NCBI GenBank assembly: GCA_003696665.1
Contig: RFGJ01000527.1
Location: forward strand, 1-46,014
Length of the DNA stretch: 46,014 bases
Source: Gammaproteobacteria bacterium
Lineage (GTDB): Bacteria; Pseudomonadota; Gammaproteobacteria; Enterobacterales; GCA-002770795
Direction of reading: 5' to 3'
The first letter of the stretch is position 1; the number at the start of each line of letters is the position of its first letter. The notes under the pieces were generated by a model that was not told where the DNA came from, did not search any database, and worked only from the letters and a program-made list of their open reading frames with translations. A program made the translations under genes and the position numbers. This document shows positions 1-9,367 of this stretch, one piece after another.

Positions 1-573
1 ACCATTGCTCACGAGTGCCTATTGGGTGACGATGTCCGCATTCAGTCAGGCACCGTGATTGGATCGGATGGGTTCGGTTATGCCAAAGATGGTCGCCGTT
101 GGGTCCGGATTCCACAGAACGGCAAGGTGCGGATTGGCAGTGGTGTGGAAATAGGCGCAAATTGCACCATCGACAGGGGGGCGTTGAAAGACACAGTCAT
201 CGAAGATGGTGTCATCATCGATAACCTAGTCCACATTGCACACAATGTCGTGGTTGGAGAAGGATGCGCGATGGCGGGGTGCGTCGCTATCGCAGGAAGC
301 ACAGTGATTGGACGAGAAACAACCTTGGCCGGCGGGGTTGGTGTGGTTGGCCACCTTAATATCCCACCTAAAAGCCATTTTGCTGCCCGTACATTGGTCA
401 CCAAGTCGCCCCGCCATGCGGGTGCTTATGCCTCGGGCACCCCGATGATGCCGTACGTCGAATGGCGTAAAGCAGCAGCACGGTTTTCACAACTTGACCA
501 AATGGCTCGTAAGCTGAATGAATTGGAGCGGCTGGTTGGCACCATCCAATCGCTACGAGACGCCGAAGACTAA
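1..573 (+). CDS. lpxD: UDP-3-O-acylglucosamine N-acyltransferase LpxD, C-terminal part (5' end lies outside the window)
   Basis: The reading frame is open from base 1. The product has left-handed beta-helix hexapeptide repeats (IGxxVxIG pattern) and a C-terminal helical tail. It sits directly upstream of fabZ-lpxA-lpxB, as in E. coli. Confidence 0.88.
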   Translation, partial: TIAHECLLGDDVRIQSGTVIGSDGFGYAKDGRRWVRIPQNGKVRIGSGVEIGANCTIDRGALKDTVIEDGVIIDNLVHIAHNVVVGEGCAMAGCVAIAGSTVIGRETTLAGGVGVVGHLNIPPKSHFAARTLVTKSPRHAGAYASGTPMMPYVEWRKAAARFSQLDQMARKLNELERLVGTIQSLRDAED

Positions 574-596
574 GAAGATTCGGTCTGGAGTAGGTT

Positions 597-1037
597 ATGA
601 ATATTCAAGAAATATTAAAATACTTGCCGCATCGTTATCCATTTTTGCTGGTCGATCGTGTTTTGGAATGTGTGCCCGGCGATTGTTTGGTGGCGATAAA
701 AAATGTGACTGTTAACGAGCCGTGTTTTACGGGGCATTTCCCGGAAAGACCAATTTTTCCGGGCGTTCTAATTCTGGAAGCTCTCGCACAGGCCACGGGA
801 ATTTTGGCGTTTCATTCGGCACAAAAGACCCCTGATCCGGATCATTTGTACTATTTTGTAGGAATTGATGGTGCTCGATTTCGCAAACCCGTGATCCCGG
901 GTGATCAGTTGAGATTGTGTGTCAAGTTTGAGCGTCAACGTCGCGATGTTTGGCGATTTTGGGCGCAAGCCTATGTGGATGACGAAGTGGTTTGTGAAGC
1001 ACGTTTGATGTGTGCACAGAAAGAGGTGGTATCGTGA
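597..1037 (+). CDS. fabZ: 3-hydroxyacyl-ACP dehydratase FabZ
   Basis: 146 aa. It carries the [13 protein letters not shown] and HFP..PI.PGVL hot-dog fold motifs. A GGAG Shine-Dalgarno (SD) sequence lies about 10 nt upstream, and the lpxD-fabZ-lpxA synteny is conserved. Confidence 0.95.
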   Translation: MNIQEILKYLPHRYPFLLVDRVLECVPGDCLVAIKNVTVNEPCFTGHFPERPIFPGVLILEALAQATGILAFHSAQKTPDPDHLYYFVGIDGARFRKPVIPGDQLRLCVKFERQRRDVWRFWAQAYVDDEVVCEARLMCAQKEVVS

Positions 1038-1798
1038 TTCACCCAACTGCCGTGGTAGAAGCTGGTGCGCAAATTGCGCCAGATGTAGAAATCGGGCCAT
1101 ACTGTGTGATTGGTGCAGAGGTTGAGATTGACTCGGGCACAAAAATTGGGCCGCATGTGGTTATCCATGGACGTACCCGTATTGGGCAGCGGAATCAAAT
1201 TTATCAATTTGCGAGCATCGGAGAGGCCAATCAAGACAAAAAGTATCAGGGTGAGCCGACAGAGACGATAATCGGCAATGACAACGTCATTCGTGAGTTT
1301 GTCACCATTCATCGGGGCACCGTGCAAGATCGTGGCGTCACACGCATTGGCGATGACAATCTGTTGATGGCGTATGTGCATGTTGCCCACGATTGTGTCA
1401 TTGGTAATCATTGCATTCTCGCCAATAATGCGACTTTGGCTGGACATGTCCACCTAGATGATTGGGTCATTCTGGGCGGATTTACTGGCATCCACCAATT
1501 TTGTCGAATTGGCGCACATGCGTTCACATCGATTTCGGCTTCTATTTTGAAAGATGTCCCACCTTACGTGATGGCTGACGGACAGCCTGCCAAGCCGCGC
1601 GGCTTGAATACCGAAGGTCTGCGTCGCCGTGGTTTCTCGGCCGATGACATACAAGTTATCAAACGCGCCTACAAGTTGCTCTATCGCAGTCAATTGCCGC
1701 TGCAAGAAGCGCTCGAACAGATTGTGCAGATGAAATCGCCTTTGACCGAACCTTTGGTGACGTTTATCCGGGAGTCTCAGCGGGGAATTATCCGTTGA
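1034..1798 (+). CDS. lpxA: acyl-ACP--UDP-N-acetylglucosamine O-acyltransferase LpxA
   Basis: Hexapeptide repeats are present, and the conserved IHPTAVVE N-terminus and RGLIR-like C-terminus align to E. coli LpxA from memory. I prefer the GTG at 1034 (AAGAGGTGG SD 5-6 nt upstream, GTGA overlap with the fabZ stop) over the GTG at 1010. Confidence 0.9.
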   Translation: MIHPTAVVEAGAQIAPDVEIGPYCVIGAEVEIDSGTKIGPHVVIHGRTRIGQRNQIYQFASIGEANQDKKYQGEPTETIIGNDNVIREFVTIHRGTVQDRGVTRIGDDNLLMAYVHVAHDCVIGNHCILANNATLAGHVHLDDWVILGGFTGIHQFCRIGAHAFTSISASILKDVPPYVMADGQPAKPRGLNTEGLRRRGFSADDIQVIKRAYKLLYRSQLPLQEALEQIVQMKSPLTEPLVTFIRESQRGIIR

Positions 1799-1807
1799 GG
1801 GAGGCCC

Positions 1808-2953
1808 ATGGTGCTTAAAATTGCAATAGTGGCTGGCGAGGCGTCGGGTGATCGACTCGGCGCCGAACTGATGCAGGCAATGCGTCAAAAACTTGCTGAC
1901 AAGGTCGAGTTTGAAGGGGTCGGCGGGCCATTGATGGAAGCGCAAGGCATGACGACATTGTTTCCGATCGAGGCGTTGTCGGTCATGGGGCTTGGTGCCA
2001 TCCTCAGGCGTTTGCCAAAGTTATTGCATATCCGTTCTCAACTGGTCGAGCGTTGGCAGACGAACAAGCCAGATATCTTTATTGGCATTGATGCACCAGA
2101 ATTTAATTTGTCACTTGAGCAGAAGTTGAAGGCCAGTGGCATTCCAGTGGTTCATTATGTTTGCCCCACCATATGGGCTTGGCGGCCGAAACGTATTCAG
2201 CTGATTCAGCGAGCAGTTGACCATCTATTGGCGCTTTTTCCATTTGAGGTGCCTATTTTGGAAAAAGCCGGTGTGGCAGCGACTTGTGTTGGCCATCCGA
2301 TGGTGGCCGAGTTGAAATCCCTGCCGACGGAGGCTCAGATTCGCGAGGAGCTCGGGCTTGCCGAAAAACCAGTGCTTGCCATATTGCCAGGCTCTCGAGC
2401 CACAGAAGTGAGCCAGTTGGGCGATATGTTTTTGCGTGTCGCGCATGTCTTCCAGAAAAACCAGCCTCATTGGCAAGCGATTGTTGTCGCGGCCAATGGT
2501 GAGCGTTATGAACAACTTCAGGGCCTATTTTCGGCTTTGCCGACGAATATACGGCCACAGGTGAAATGGCAACTTGGTCATAGCCGGAAAGTGCTGAAAG
2601 TGGCGAGCGCAGCGATTTTAGCTTCCGGCACCGCAAGTTTAGAGGCGGCAATGCTAGACACGCCACATGTGGCCGCCTATCGATTGCCGAGATTGAGTTA
2701 TGCGCTGTTTTCGCGAATGTTGCAGGTAAAGCAGGTCACGTTGCCCAATTTGTTGTTGGAGACACATCCGGTGCCAGAGTTATTGCAAAATGAGGCGACA
2801 GTCGACAACCTCGTGGCGGCGCTGCAAAACATCATAGCACCAGCAGTTCGGGCGAAAATTTCGAGTGACTTTCGCGCACTTTGGCCGATGCTTGATCGTG
2901 GGGGTAACGAACTGGCCGCGGAGGTTGTGATTAAATTAATGGAGCGAGGCTGA
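1808..2953 (+). CDS. lpxB: lipid-A-disaccharide synthase LpxB
   Basis: 381 aa with the [12 protein letters not shown]-terminal motif. A GAGGGAGG SD lies upstream, and the gene order lpxA-lpxB-rnhB is conserved. Confidence 0.93.
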   Translation: MVLKIAIVAGEASGDRLGAELMQAMRQKLADKVEFEGVGGPLMEAQGMTTLFPIEALSVMGLGAILRRLPKLLHIRSQLVERWQTNKPDIFIGIDAPEFNLSLEQKLKASGIPVVHYVCPTIWAWRPKRIQLIQRAVDHLLALFPFEVPILEKAGVAATCVGHPMVAELKSLPTEAQIREELGLAEKPVLAILPGSRATEVSQLGDMFLRVAHVFQKNQPHWQAIVVAANGERYEQLQGLFSALPTNIRPQVKWQLGHSRKVLKVASAAILASGTASLEAAMLDTPHVAAYRLPRLSYALFSRMLQVKQVTLPNLLLETHPVPELLQNEATVDNLVAALQNIIAPAVRAKISSDFRALWPMLDRGGNELAAEVVIKLMERG

Positions 2954-3531
2954 TGGATTTAGTGGCTGGCGTCGATGAAGTGGGGCGTGGTCCGTTGGCT
3001 GGTCCTGTGGTGGCGGCAGCGGTCATCTTGCCAGACCCCAATCCAATTCAGGGGCTTGCGGATTCGAAAAAACTGTCTGCCAAACGCCGAGAGTGTCTGA
3101 ATGACGAAATTTACACACAAGCCATCAGCGTGAATATCGGTGTGGCATCTGTTGAAGAAATTGATGCCTTCAATATTCTCGAAGCCACTATGCTGGCTAT
3201 GAAGCGTGCAGTTTCAGCTCTGGCCGTTCAGCCAACACATGTCCTTGTGGACGGTAATCGCTGCCCAAGCTGGCGCTATGCATCTACCGCTGTCGTCAAG
3301 GGAGATGCGAAGTACCCGTGTATTTCGGCAGCCTCCATCGTCGCCAAGGTGGCGCGGGATCGCTTGATGCACTCGTTGGCTGAAAAATACCCGGGATACG
3401 GGTTTGACAAGAATGCCGGTTACCCGACGCCAGCCCACTTAGAGGCGTTGAGAACGCTCGGGGCCAGTCCTGTGCATCGAAAAAGCTTCGCGCCGGTCAA
3501 GGCTGTATTATCGCAAGGGGTTTTATTTTAA
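2953..3531 (+). CDS. rnhB: ribonuclease HII
   Basis: 192 aa with the [15 protein letters not shown] active-site motif and DSKKL. Its start overlaps the lpxB stop by 1 nt (TGATG). Confidence 0.93.
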   Translation: MDLVAGVDEVGRGPLAGPVVAAAVILPDPNPIQGLADSKKLSAKRRECLNDEIYTQAISVNIGVASVEEIDAFNILEATMLAMKRAVSALAVQPTHVLVDGNRCPSWRYASTAVVKGDAKYPCISAASIVAKVARDRLMHSLAEKYPGYGFDKNAGYPTPAHLEALRTLGASPVHRKSFAPVKAVLSQGVLF

Positions 3532-6500
3532 TGTCTGGATTTGTGCATCTGCGCGTCCATAGCGATTATTCCATGGTCGATGGTTTGATTCGGGCCAAGC
3601 AGTTGCCGAAATTGGCCGCGCAACGTTCTATGGCCGCTGTTGCGCTCACAGATGATAGCAATCTTTGTGGTTTGGTGACCTTCTACAAGAGCGCGTTGGA
3701 TCAGGGAATCAAGCCGATCGTTGGTTGTGATGTGCGGGTGAGGGATGAGCGGTTTTCGGATAAGCCATTTCGTATATTGTTGTTGGCACAGAATTTAACT
3801 GGCTACAAGCGTCTTATACATCTAGTCTCGCGTGCTTATACAGAGGGACAGCGTGATGGCCAACCGGCCATAGAGTTTGCTTGGCTCGCGGAAGATACCA
3901 ACGGCTTGCTCGCGCTTTCGGGGGGATGTCGCGGCGATATTGGTCGGGCGCTGCTTGCTGACAAGCCAGATGTGGCGGCAGAACGGCTGGGATTATGGAA
4001 ACACCTGTTTTCAGACCGGTTTTACATTGAGCTGGTGCGCACTGGGCGACCGGAGGAAGAACGCTATGTGCATCTTGTCATGCCATTGGCGGAAGGCAGT
4101 CAGACTCCCGTAGTCGCGACCAATGACGTTTGTTTTGCGGATATGGAGGATTTTGAAGCGCATGAGGCGCGTGTGTGTATTCATCAAGGACGCATACTTG
4201 CCGATCCGAAACGCCCCCGAAATTACTCACCGCATCAATATCTTAAGTCTCCACAAGAGATGCAGGAGCTATTTGAGGACATACCGGAGGCAATTGACAA
4301 TACCGTTGAAATCGCCAAGCGCTGTAATGTTGAGCTGCCGCTTGGCACATACTTTTTGCCAGAGTTTCCGATTCCGGATGGCATGACGCTTGAGTCTTAT
4401 TTTCGAAAAGTGGCCGAGGAAGGCCTGGAAAAGCGTCTTCAGCAACTGTTTGACCCGACGGCTCCGGATTTTCCGGATAAGCGCAAACCCTATGATGAGC
4501 GGCTCAACACTGAAATTGACATCATCATCCAAATGGGGTTTCCGGGTTACTTTTTGATAGTGGCGGACTTTATTCAGTGGGCCAAGAAAAATGGAATTCC
4601 AGTGGGACCGGGGCGTGGCTCTGGCGCCGGTTCGTTGGTTGCCTATGCTTTGCAAATCACAGAATTGGACCCACTCGCCTATGACTTACTGTTCGAACGC
4701 TTCCTGAACCCGGAGCGCGTCTCAATGCCAGACTTTGACGTGGACTTTTGCATGGAAGGACGCGATCGCGTGATTGACTATGTCGCGGAGAAGTACGGCC
4801 GGGGTGCGGTGTCGCAAATTATCACCTTTGGTACGATGGCGGCGAAAGCGGTGGTGCGCGATGTGGGGAGAGTCTTAGGTAAGCCGTATGGAATGTGCGA
4901 CCGACTTTCCAAAATGATCCCAAATGATGTCGGCATCACACTTGATGCAGCTTTTGAGCGTGAAGAAAGCATTCGGCAGGCTTACCAAGAAGACGAAGAA
5001 ATTAGAGAAATTTGGGATCTCGCCAAAAAACTTGAAGGCGTCATTCGCGGTCATGGCAAGCATGCAGGTGGTGTTGTGATCGCACCAGGTCGCCTGACAG
5101 ACTATGTTCCGGTCCTCTGCGACGAGCATGGACAAAATCTGGTGACCCAGTTCGACAAAGACGATGTGGAAGCCGCCGGGTTGGTCAAATTTGATTTCCT
5201 TGGCCTAAGAACGTTGACCATCATCGATTGGGCGGTGCAAACCATCAATCGTTTGCGTTCGGAGCAGGGCCTTCCGGCCATTGACGTCAATCAACTTGAC
5301 CTGACAGATCGTGCTGCGTACGCCTTGATGCAAAAAGGGGATACGACAGCGGTATTCCAATTGGAATCTGCTGGCATGAAAACGCTGATCCGCCAATTAA
5401 AACCTTCAACATTTGAGGACATCGTGGCCTTGGTGGCGTTGTTCCGGCCAGGACCCTTGGGCTCTGGAATGCATATTGACTTTGTGAACAGAAAGCATGG
5501 TCTGGAACAGGTAAAGTATCCACATCCTATGCTTGAGCCAATTCTTCGTCCGACTTACGGCACCATCCTCTATCAGGAACAGGTCATGCAAATTGCTCAA
5601 GTCATGGCGGGGTATTCGCTCGGTGGTGCGGACTTGTTGCGGCGTGCTATGGGCAAAAAGAAAAAAGAGGTCATGGATGAGCAGCGCGCCATTTTCGTAG
5701 CAGGTGCGGTCAAAAATGGGATTGATGAAGAAAAAGCGAATTCGATTTTCGACTTAATGCAGGAATTTGCCAAGTATGGCTTTAACAAGTCACATTCGGC
5801 CGCTTATGCGCTGGTCTCTTTTCAAACCGCTTGGCTAAAGGCCCATTATCCGGCGGCTTTTCTTGCGGCTGTCATGTCTTCGGAAATGGACAACACGGAT
5901 AAGGTCGTCATTTACGTAGATGATGCGCGTAGCCGGGGAATCACAGTGTTACCGCCGGACATCAATCGTGGCCAGTACCAGTTTTCTGTCAAAGATGAGA
6001 AGACGATTCTCTATGGGCTGGGCGCTATTAAAGGCGTCGGTCAGGCTGCCATTGATGCCATCGTTTCTGAACGTGATCAGAATGGCCCTTACCGTGATCT
6101 TTACGATTTTTGTGCACGTATCGATTTGCGTAAGGTCAACCGGCGAACACTGGAAGCCTTAATTAAAGGTGGCGCGATGGATTGTCTTGGACACCACAGA
6201 GCCGAATTGATGGCAAATTTGGATGAGGCGATCATGGCGGCTGAACAAAAGGAGAGGGATTTGGCGATTGGTCAGTCTGACTTGTTTGGCGGTCCTTTGC
6301 CGGGAGCCGAACAGGTGGCACGACACATGAAAAAGGTGAAGCCATGGCCAGAGAAATATCGATTAGCCATGGAAAAGGAAACGCTTGGGCTTTACTTGAC
6401 CGGACATCCTTTTACGCGATTTGAAAAAGAGCTTGAACCGATGCTGTCCTACCGGTTGCGGGATGTGGCACCGACCAAAAAGGGAGAGACGGTCACCGTG

Positions 6501-6998
6501 GCAGGCTTGGTCATGGCGGTTAATGTCAAGCGCACTAAGGCAACTGGCGACGCATTTGGCATAGTGCTGCTTGATGACAAGACGGGGCGACTTGAGGTGA
6601 TGGTTGGCCGGAATTTGTACGATCAATATGCGGCGTTTCTTGTCAAGGATAAAGTCATTATCGTCAATGGCGCTGTTTGGCCGGATAGACAGGAGCCAGA
6701 TCGATACGTTTTACAGGCGCAGTCGCTTTGGAATCTTGAAACATTTCGAAGCGAGAGAATGAGTCATATTGCACTATATGTCGACCTCACTAAGTCGCCG
6801 TCGGATATGCAGATCAAGTTGAAACAGCAACTCGCGCCATATCAAGGAGGAACAACTCCGATCTCTTTGCATGTCCGAACAGAACTGGCTGAAGCTGTGA
6901 TAGACTGTGGCGAAAATTGGCATGTGGTGCCGAGCGATGATCTCATCACTCGGTTAGAAGAACTGCTCGGCAAAGAAAACGTTATTTGTGTGTATTAA
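3531..6998 (+). CDS. dnaE: DNA polymerase III alpha subunit
   Basis: 1155 aa. The N-terminus is a PHP domain (FVHLRVHSDYS), followed by the polymerase core (PDFDVDF) and a C-terminal OB fold. Its start overlaps the rnhB stop by 1 nt (TAATG). Confidence 0.97.
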   Translation: MSGFVHLRVHSDYSMVDGLIRAKQLPKLAAQRSMAAVALTDDSNLCGLVTFYKSALDQGIKPIVGCDVRVRDERFSDKPFRILLLAQNLTGYKRLIHLVSRAYTEGQRDGQPAIEFAWLAEDTNGLLALSGGCRGDIGRALLADKPDVAAERLGLWKHLFSDRFYIELVRTGRPEEERYVHLVMPLAEGSQTPVVATNDVCFADMEDFEAHEARVCIHQGRILADPKRPRNYSPHQYLKSPQEMQELFEDIPEAIDNTVEIAKRCNVELPLGTYFLPEFPIPDGMTLESYFRKVAEEGLEKRLQQLFDPTAPDFPDKRKPYDERLNTEIDIIIQMGFPGYFLIVADFIQWAKKNGIPVGPGRGSGAGSLVAYALQITELDPLAYDLLFERFLNPERVSMPDFDVDFCMEGRDRVIDYVAEKYGRGAVSQIITFGTMAAKAVVRDVGRVLGKPYGMCDRLSKMIPNDVGITLDAAFEREESIRQAYQEDEEIREIWDLAKKLEGVIRGHGKHAGGVVIAPGRLTDYVPVLCDEHGQNLVTQFDKDDVEAAGLVKFDFLGLRTLTIIDWAVQTINRLRSEQGLPAIDVNQLDLTDRAAYALMQKGDTTAVFQLESAGMKTLIRQLKPSTFEDIVALVALFRPGPLGSGMHIDFVNRKHGLEQVKYPHPMLEPILRPTYGTILYQEQVMQIAQVMAGYSLGGADLLRRAMGKKKKEVMDEQRAIFVAGAVKNGIDEEKANSIFDLMQEFAKYGFNKSHSAAYALVSFQTAWLKAHYPAAFLAAVMSSEMDNTDKVVIYVDDARSRGITVLPPDINRGQYQFSVKDEKTILYGLGAIKGVGQAAIDAIVSERDQNGPYRDLYDFCARIDLRKVNRRTLEALIKGGAMDCLGHHRAELMANLDEAIMAAEQKERDLAIGQSDLFGGPLPGAEQVARHMKKVKPWPEKYRLAMEKETLGLYLTGHPFTRFEKELEPMLSYRLRDVAPTKKGETVTVAGLVMAVNVKRTKATGDAFGIVLLDDKTGRLEVMVGRNLYDQYAAFLVKDKVIIVNGAVWPDRQEPDRYVLQAQSLWNLETFRSERMSHIALYVDLTKSPSDMQIKLKQQLAPYQGGTTPISLHVRTELAEAVIDCGENWHVVPSDDLITRLEELLGKENVICVY

Positions 6999-7021
6999 CG
7001 GGTCGGTAACAGGCGGAAAAG

Positions 7022-7981
7022 ATGAACCTGAATTTTCTCGAATTTGAACAACCAATTGCGGAACTGGAAGCACAAATTGAAGAACTCCGGCATTTGGGGA
7101 ACGATACCAACATTAATATCTCGGAAGAAGTGGAGCGGTTACGCCGTAAGAGCGAAGAGCTGACACGACAAATTTTTAGTCGCCTTGATGCATGGCAGAT
7201 CGCTCAGCTGGCCAGACATCCTTTACGTCCATATACGCTTGATTACATCGAGTATTTGTTTACCGAATACGATGAGATGTGTGGCGATCGAGCCTATGCG
7301 AACGACTACGCTTTGATTGGCGGTACCGCTCGTTTTCATGGCCAGCCGGTCGTTGTCATTGGCCATCAGAAAGGTCGGGAGACGCGCGAGAAAGTTAAGC
7401 GAAATTTCGGCATGCCTAGACCCGAAGGGTACCGAAAGGCAAAACGGCTAATGCAGTTGGCCGAAAAATTCTCCTTGCCCGTGATTACTTTTATTGACAC
7501 ACCTGGTGCATATCCTGGCATTGGGGCCGAGGAGCGTGGTCAGAGCGAGGCAATTGCCGCGAACTTGAAACTCATGTCAGGGCTTCGGACTCCAATTGTG
7601 GTGAATGTGATCGGGGAAGGGGGATCTGGTGGTGCATTGGCGATAGGTGTGGGCGATCGGGTCAATATGCTGCAGTACAGCACTTATTCTGTCATTTCCC
7701 CCGAAGGCTGTGCTTCGATTTTATGGAAGTCAGCGGAGAAGGCCAAGGAAGCAGCGCAAGCGATGGGCATCACAGCACACCGTTTGTTAGAACTGGGCTT
7801 GATTGATGCTGTCGTTGAAGAACCATTGGGCGGCGCACACCGCAATCCAAAACTGATGGCGGAACGCTTAGGGGCTCGGATTGCCGCTGATCTCGAAAGT
7901 TTAAAAGATTTGCCAGCGGATGAGCTGGTTTGCCAGCGCTATCAAAAAATTATGGCTTATTCGACGTTGAATTTTGGTTGA
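7022..7981 (+). CDS. accA: acetyl-CoA carboxylase carboxyltransferase alpha subunit
   Basis: 319 aa with the LDFEKPI-like N-terminus ([18 protein letters not shown]) and the [21 protein letters not shown] motif. Confidence 0.96.
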   Translation: MNLNFLEFEQPIAELEAQIEELRHLGNDTNINISEEVERLRRKSEELTRQIFSRLDAWQIAQLARHPLRPYTLDYIEYLFTEYDEMCGDRAYANDYALIGGTARFHGQPVVVIGHQKGRETREKVKRNFGMPRPEGYRKAKRLMQLAEKFSLPVITFIDTPGAYPGIGAEERGQSEAIAANLKLMSGLRTPIVVNVIGEGGSGGALAIGVGDRVNMLQYSTYSVISPEGCASILWKSAEKAKEAAQAMGITAHRLLELGLIDAVVEEPLGGAHRNPKLMAERLGARIAADLESLKDLPADELVCQRYQKIMAYSTLNFG

Positions 7982-7987
7982 TGATGA

Positions 7988-9367
7988 GTGAGCGTCAAGC
8001 AGCTTGAGGAAGCATTACTCTCATTTTATCGAAGACTTCCAGAGGGCCTGAAGGAGGCTACTTGGGTGATCGCATGCTCAGGTGGCCCCGATTCTGTGGC
8101 GCTTTTGCACATTGCACACAGGTTGTCGAAACAAGGAAAATTGCCGCAGGTTCGAGTCATCCACGTTAACCATGGCCTTGTTGAAGAAGCGGATGCCTGG
8201 CAGCGATTTGTCGGCAATTTGGCACGCCACAAGGCTATTCCGTTTGATTATGAGCGAGTGAAGGTGGTGACAACAGGCCAAGGAATAGAAGCGGCGGCGC
8301 GTGAGGCAAGGTATCGAGCTTTCACACGCCTATCTGCCAAAGATGAAGTGATTGTCCTCGGTCACCACTTAAACGATCAGGTGGAAACGTTGTTATTTCG
8401 CATCATGCGTGGGACGTCAGCACACGGTTTGGCGGGCATGGCACCATTGACCGAATATCGTGGACGGTGGATTGCGCGGCCATGGCTAAACGTGGCGCGT
8501 GATGTCATTATGACGGCCATCAATGATCAAGGGTGGCAGTATGTTCAGGATCCGACGAATGACGATTTCGGATTTGCGCGCAATCATATACGACATGAAT
8601 TGGTGCCGTTGTTAGAAAAAGTGCGGCCAAATGCCCGTGTCAATATTGCCCGTACTGCACAGATTATGCGTGATCAAGCAGACCTTCTAGCGGAATTGGC
8701 GGAAATGGATTTGTCCATTTGCTTAGAGTATGGGGCATTGCGACTGGATCGCTATCGGAACCTGTCAAAGCGGCGTCGACTCAATTTATTGTACCACTGG
8801 TGGCAGCGGCATGCCGGTCCGGTCCGATCCTACGACTGGTTAGCGGATATTGACAAAGAATTATCCCAAATTTCTCCCGATACGAAATGGCAGCAAACGT
8901 TGGCGGATGGTCGTTTGATTGTAGGCCAGGGGCGAGCATTTCTACTACCAGTGGACTGGCAGAATCAATTGCGGCAGGTTGATGAGGAAGTTATCCCGCG
9001 AGATGAAAAAGTATTGCAGTGTGGATTGTGGCGTATAGCGTTTAGACAACAAGCAGGGGCGGCTGCTGGCCTGAAATGGTATCCGTTGGCACAAGTTGTG
9101 AAAAACAAGTCATTGCCATGGATCGCTTGTTGGGATGGCAAACATCGGCCACTTAAAAAGCTCTTTCAAGCACGGAAGATCCCCGCTTTTCTACGCGATT
9201 TTTGGCCGGTCGTACAGTGTCAAAGTGGACATTATTGGTTAGCGGGGCTTGGTTTTTCTGACGTCTCAGTGACAGGATTATTTCCACAAGTCGAATCAGT
9301 GAGTCTCGTCTTTGATGACAGAGAATTGAAACTGATCGACAAAACGAACGATATCGGCGGTGTCTAA
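7988..9367 (+). CDS. tilS: tRNA(Ile)-lysidine synthase TilS
   Basis: 459 aa with the PP-loop SGGPDS near the N-terminus and HHLNDQ.ET. GTG at 7988 is the first possible start after an in-frame TGA. The last 72 nt overlap the convergent EAL gene. Confidence 0.87.
   Translation: MSVKQLEEALLSFYRRLPEGLKEATWVIACSGGPDSVALLHIAHRLSKQGKLPQVRVIHVNHGLVEEADAWQRFVGNLARHKAIPFDYERVKVVTTGQGIEAAAREARYRAFTRLSAKDEVIVLGHHLNDQVETLLFRIMRGTSAHGLAGMAPLTEYRGRWIARPWLNVARDVIMTAINDQGWQYVQDPTNDDFGFARNHIRHELVPLLEKVRPNARVNIARTAQIMRDQADLLAELAEMDLSICLEYGALRLDRYRNLSKRRRLNLLYHWWQRHAGPVRSYDWLADIDKELSQISPDTKWQQTLADGRLIVGQGRAFLLPVDWQNQLRQVDEEVIPRDEKVLQCGLWRIAFRQQAGAAAGLKWYPLAQVVKNKSLPWIACWDGKHRPLKKLFQARKIPAFLRDFWPVVQCQSGHYWLAGLGFSDVSVTGLFPQVESVSLVFDDRELKLIDKTNDIGGV

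Noticed and set aside
971-1945. Two ORFs of 160 and 163 aa antisense to lpxA and lpxB.
   Set aside because: Hexapeptide-repeat genes commonly give open antisense frames. Both ORFs are fully covered by strongly supported lpx genes.
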